A stretch of DNA of 61,018 nt, the filler included. It is 5 parts of 5 records of this genome, joined end to end, with 100 filler letters (N's around TTAATTAATTAA, not from the genome) between each part and the next. Parts side by side here need not be neighbours in the genome. Positions count along the whole stretch, not along the records: positions 55,013 to 61,018 come from SRR20825010_6419; 4 more parts are not named here. The stretch is one strand, 5' to 3'. Position 1 is the stretch's first letter, and each line of letters begins with the position of its first letter. The notes beneath the pieces were generated by a model that was given only the letters and a program-made list of their open reading frames with translations, had not been told where the DNA came from and ran no database searches. A program made the position numbers and the translations under genes. Positions 60,114-61,018 of this stretch are shown piece after piece.

Positions 60114-60470
60114 ATGAAACCATTCCTGCCCCTTTGTCTTGCCGTCCTGATGGTTGGCGCCCCCGCACTTGCATGGGACCGCGTCCAGCAGGGCACCTTT
60201 GTGACTTGGACATTCCAAGGGGATGAAATCACGTCGTATTCCGTTGCAGAACCCGCCTACGACGAAGATCCCGCAGTCCTCAACGTGTCGCTTTGGCATG
60301 CCCAGTCCGGTTCCGTGGGGGTCGCGATAGAATCGGATCTGGGCTTTGGGGATTGCCCACGCATACTCGCCTCTGCCAAGGGCAACGCACACACCGGCGT
60401 GACCCTTGTGGCCAACCTGAACGCCACCACGCTGAACGGTGTCACGCTGCACGAGTGTTCCACCTACTAG
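60114..60470 (+). CDS. Hypothetical exported protein
   Basis: Signal peptide MKPFLPLCLAVLMVGAPALA; two Cys residues. Confidence 0.6.
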   Translation: MKPFLPLCLAVLMVGAPALAWDRVQQGTFVTWTFQGDEITSYSVAEPAYDEDPAVLNVSLWHAQSGSVGVAIESDLGFGDCPRILASAKGNAHTGVTLVANLNATTLNGVTLHECSTY

Positions 60471-60796
60471 GTCCGCCCTTTTGGCCTCGGGCAGGTTCTG
60501 ATCGCCCGGTCCTACGGTCATTCGGGAATCGACCCGGGCAGCCGGTGAGCCCGGAACAGAGCAGGCCAGAGATTGCCGAGGCCACGCCTGCTTTGCCCTT
60601 GATTTGCGACGCGCGCGCATCTACACACGCGCATCTTTCGGTGCTGGGGCGACTCGGCGCCGATTGAGTTTGTGGGACCGCGTACGGGACCACCGAAGAA
60701 CAAACAACAGCTGGCGCATCTCTTTTCCCGGTTGGGAAGAAAGCAATCGCCAGACATCTCCGCGGGAAAACCGCGACGCATATAGGAGAAGGTCAG

Positions 60797-61018
60797 ATGA
60801 ACCTGATCGCACAGCTTGAGGCAGAGCAAATCGCCTCGCTCGGGAAGACAATTCCCGATTTCAAACCCGGCGACACCGTTCGCGTGGGTTATAAAGTGAC
60901 CGAAGGCACCCGCACCCGGGTCCAGATGTACGAAGGCGTCTGCATCAGCCGCAAGCACGGCAAGGGCATCGCCGGGTCGTTCACGGTCCGCAAGATTTCC
61001 TTTGGCGAAGGCGTGGAA
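60797..61018 (+). CDS. rplS: 50S ribosomal protein L19 (3'-truncated by window end)
   Basis: [11 protein letters not shown]...[11 protein letters not shown]...[22 protein letters not shown]; missing from the ORF track. Confidence 0.95.
   Translation, partial: MNLIAQLEAEQIASLGKTIPDFKPGDTVRVGYKVTEGTRTRVQMYEGVCISRKHGKGIAGSFTVRKISFGEGVE

Overview
The window is not one locus. It holds five unrelated contigs joined by artificial 100-bp spacers (44 N + TTAATTAATTAA + 44 N). (1) 1-20903 is an alphaproteobacterial integrated mobile region that ends in the 3' end of tRNA-fMet. It carries a copper-resistance island, a umuC gene cut at its conserved NNDGC motif, an ABC-ATPase/TOPRIM-like defence candidate, an orphan Rap1a-like gene and a DUF5131/TcmP pair. 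It also has a ParA/RHH partition cassette with 11-bp-periodic repeat arrays, FinO-like, nuclease, SprT and HD genes, and a stand-alone repC with a ctRNA. (2) 21004-42228 is planctomycete (Gimesia-like) housekeeping DNA: dnaE, tsaE, scpA, uvrB, an atypical uvrA, rimI, DUF1559, murE and murF. (3) 42329-49202 is an alphaproteobacterial DUF1013-qor-DUF1192-sRNA-rcdA-rpmE region with an ABC exporter and a paraoxonase-like gene. (4) 49303-54912 is a planctomycete-like contig. After a TRAP transporter comes the most striking feature: a ~630-nt densely base-paired non-coding leader that embeds a tRNA-Ile(GAU)-like cloverleaf with a broken acceptor stem. It lies directly upstream of a slipin (SPFH/band-7) gene, with no RtcB or Ro60 beside it. 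(5) 55013-61018 is a Rhodobacteraceae-like rpsP-rimM-trmD-rplS cluster interleaved with accessory genes. Taxonomic and family calls come from motif recognition by eye, not database searches.
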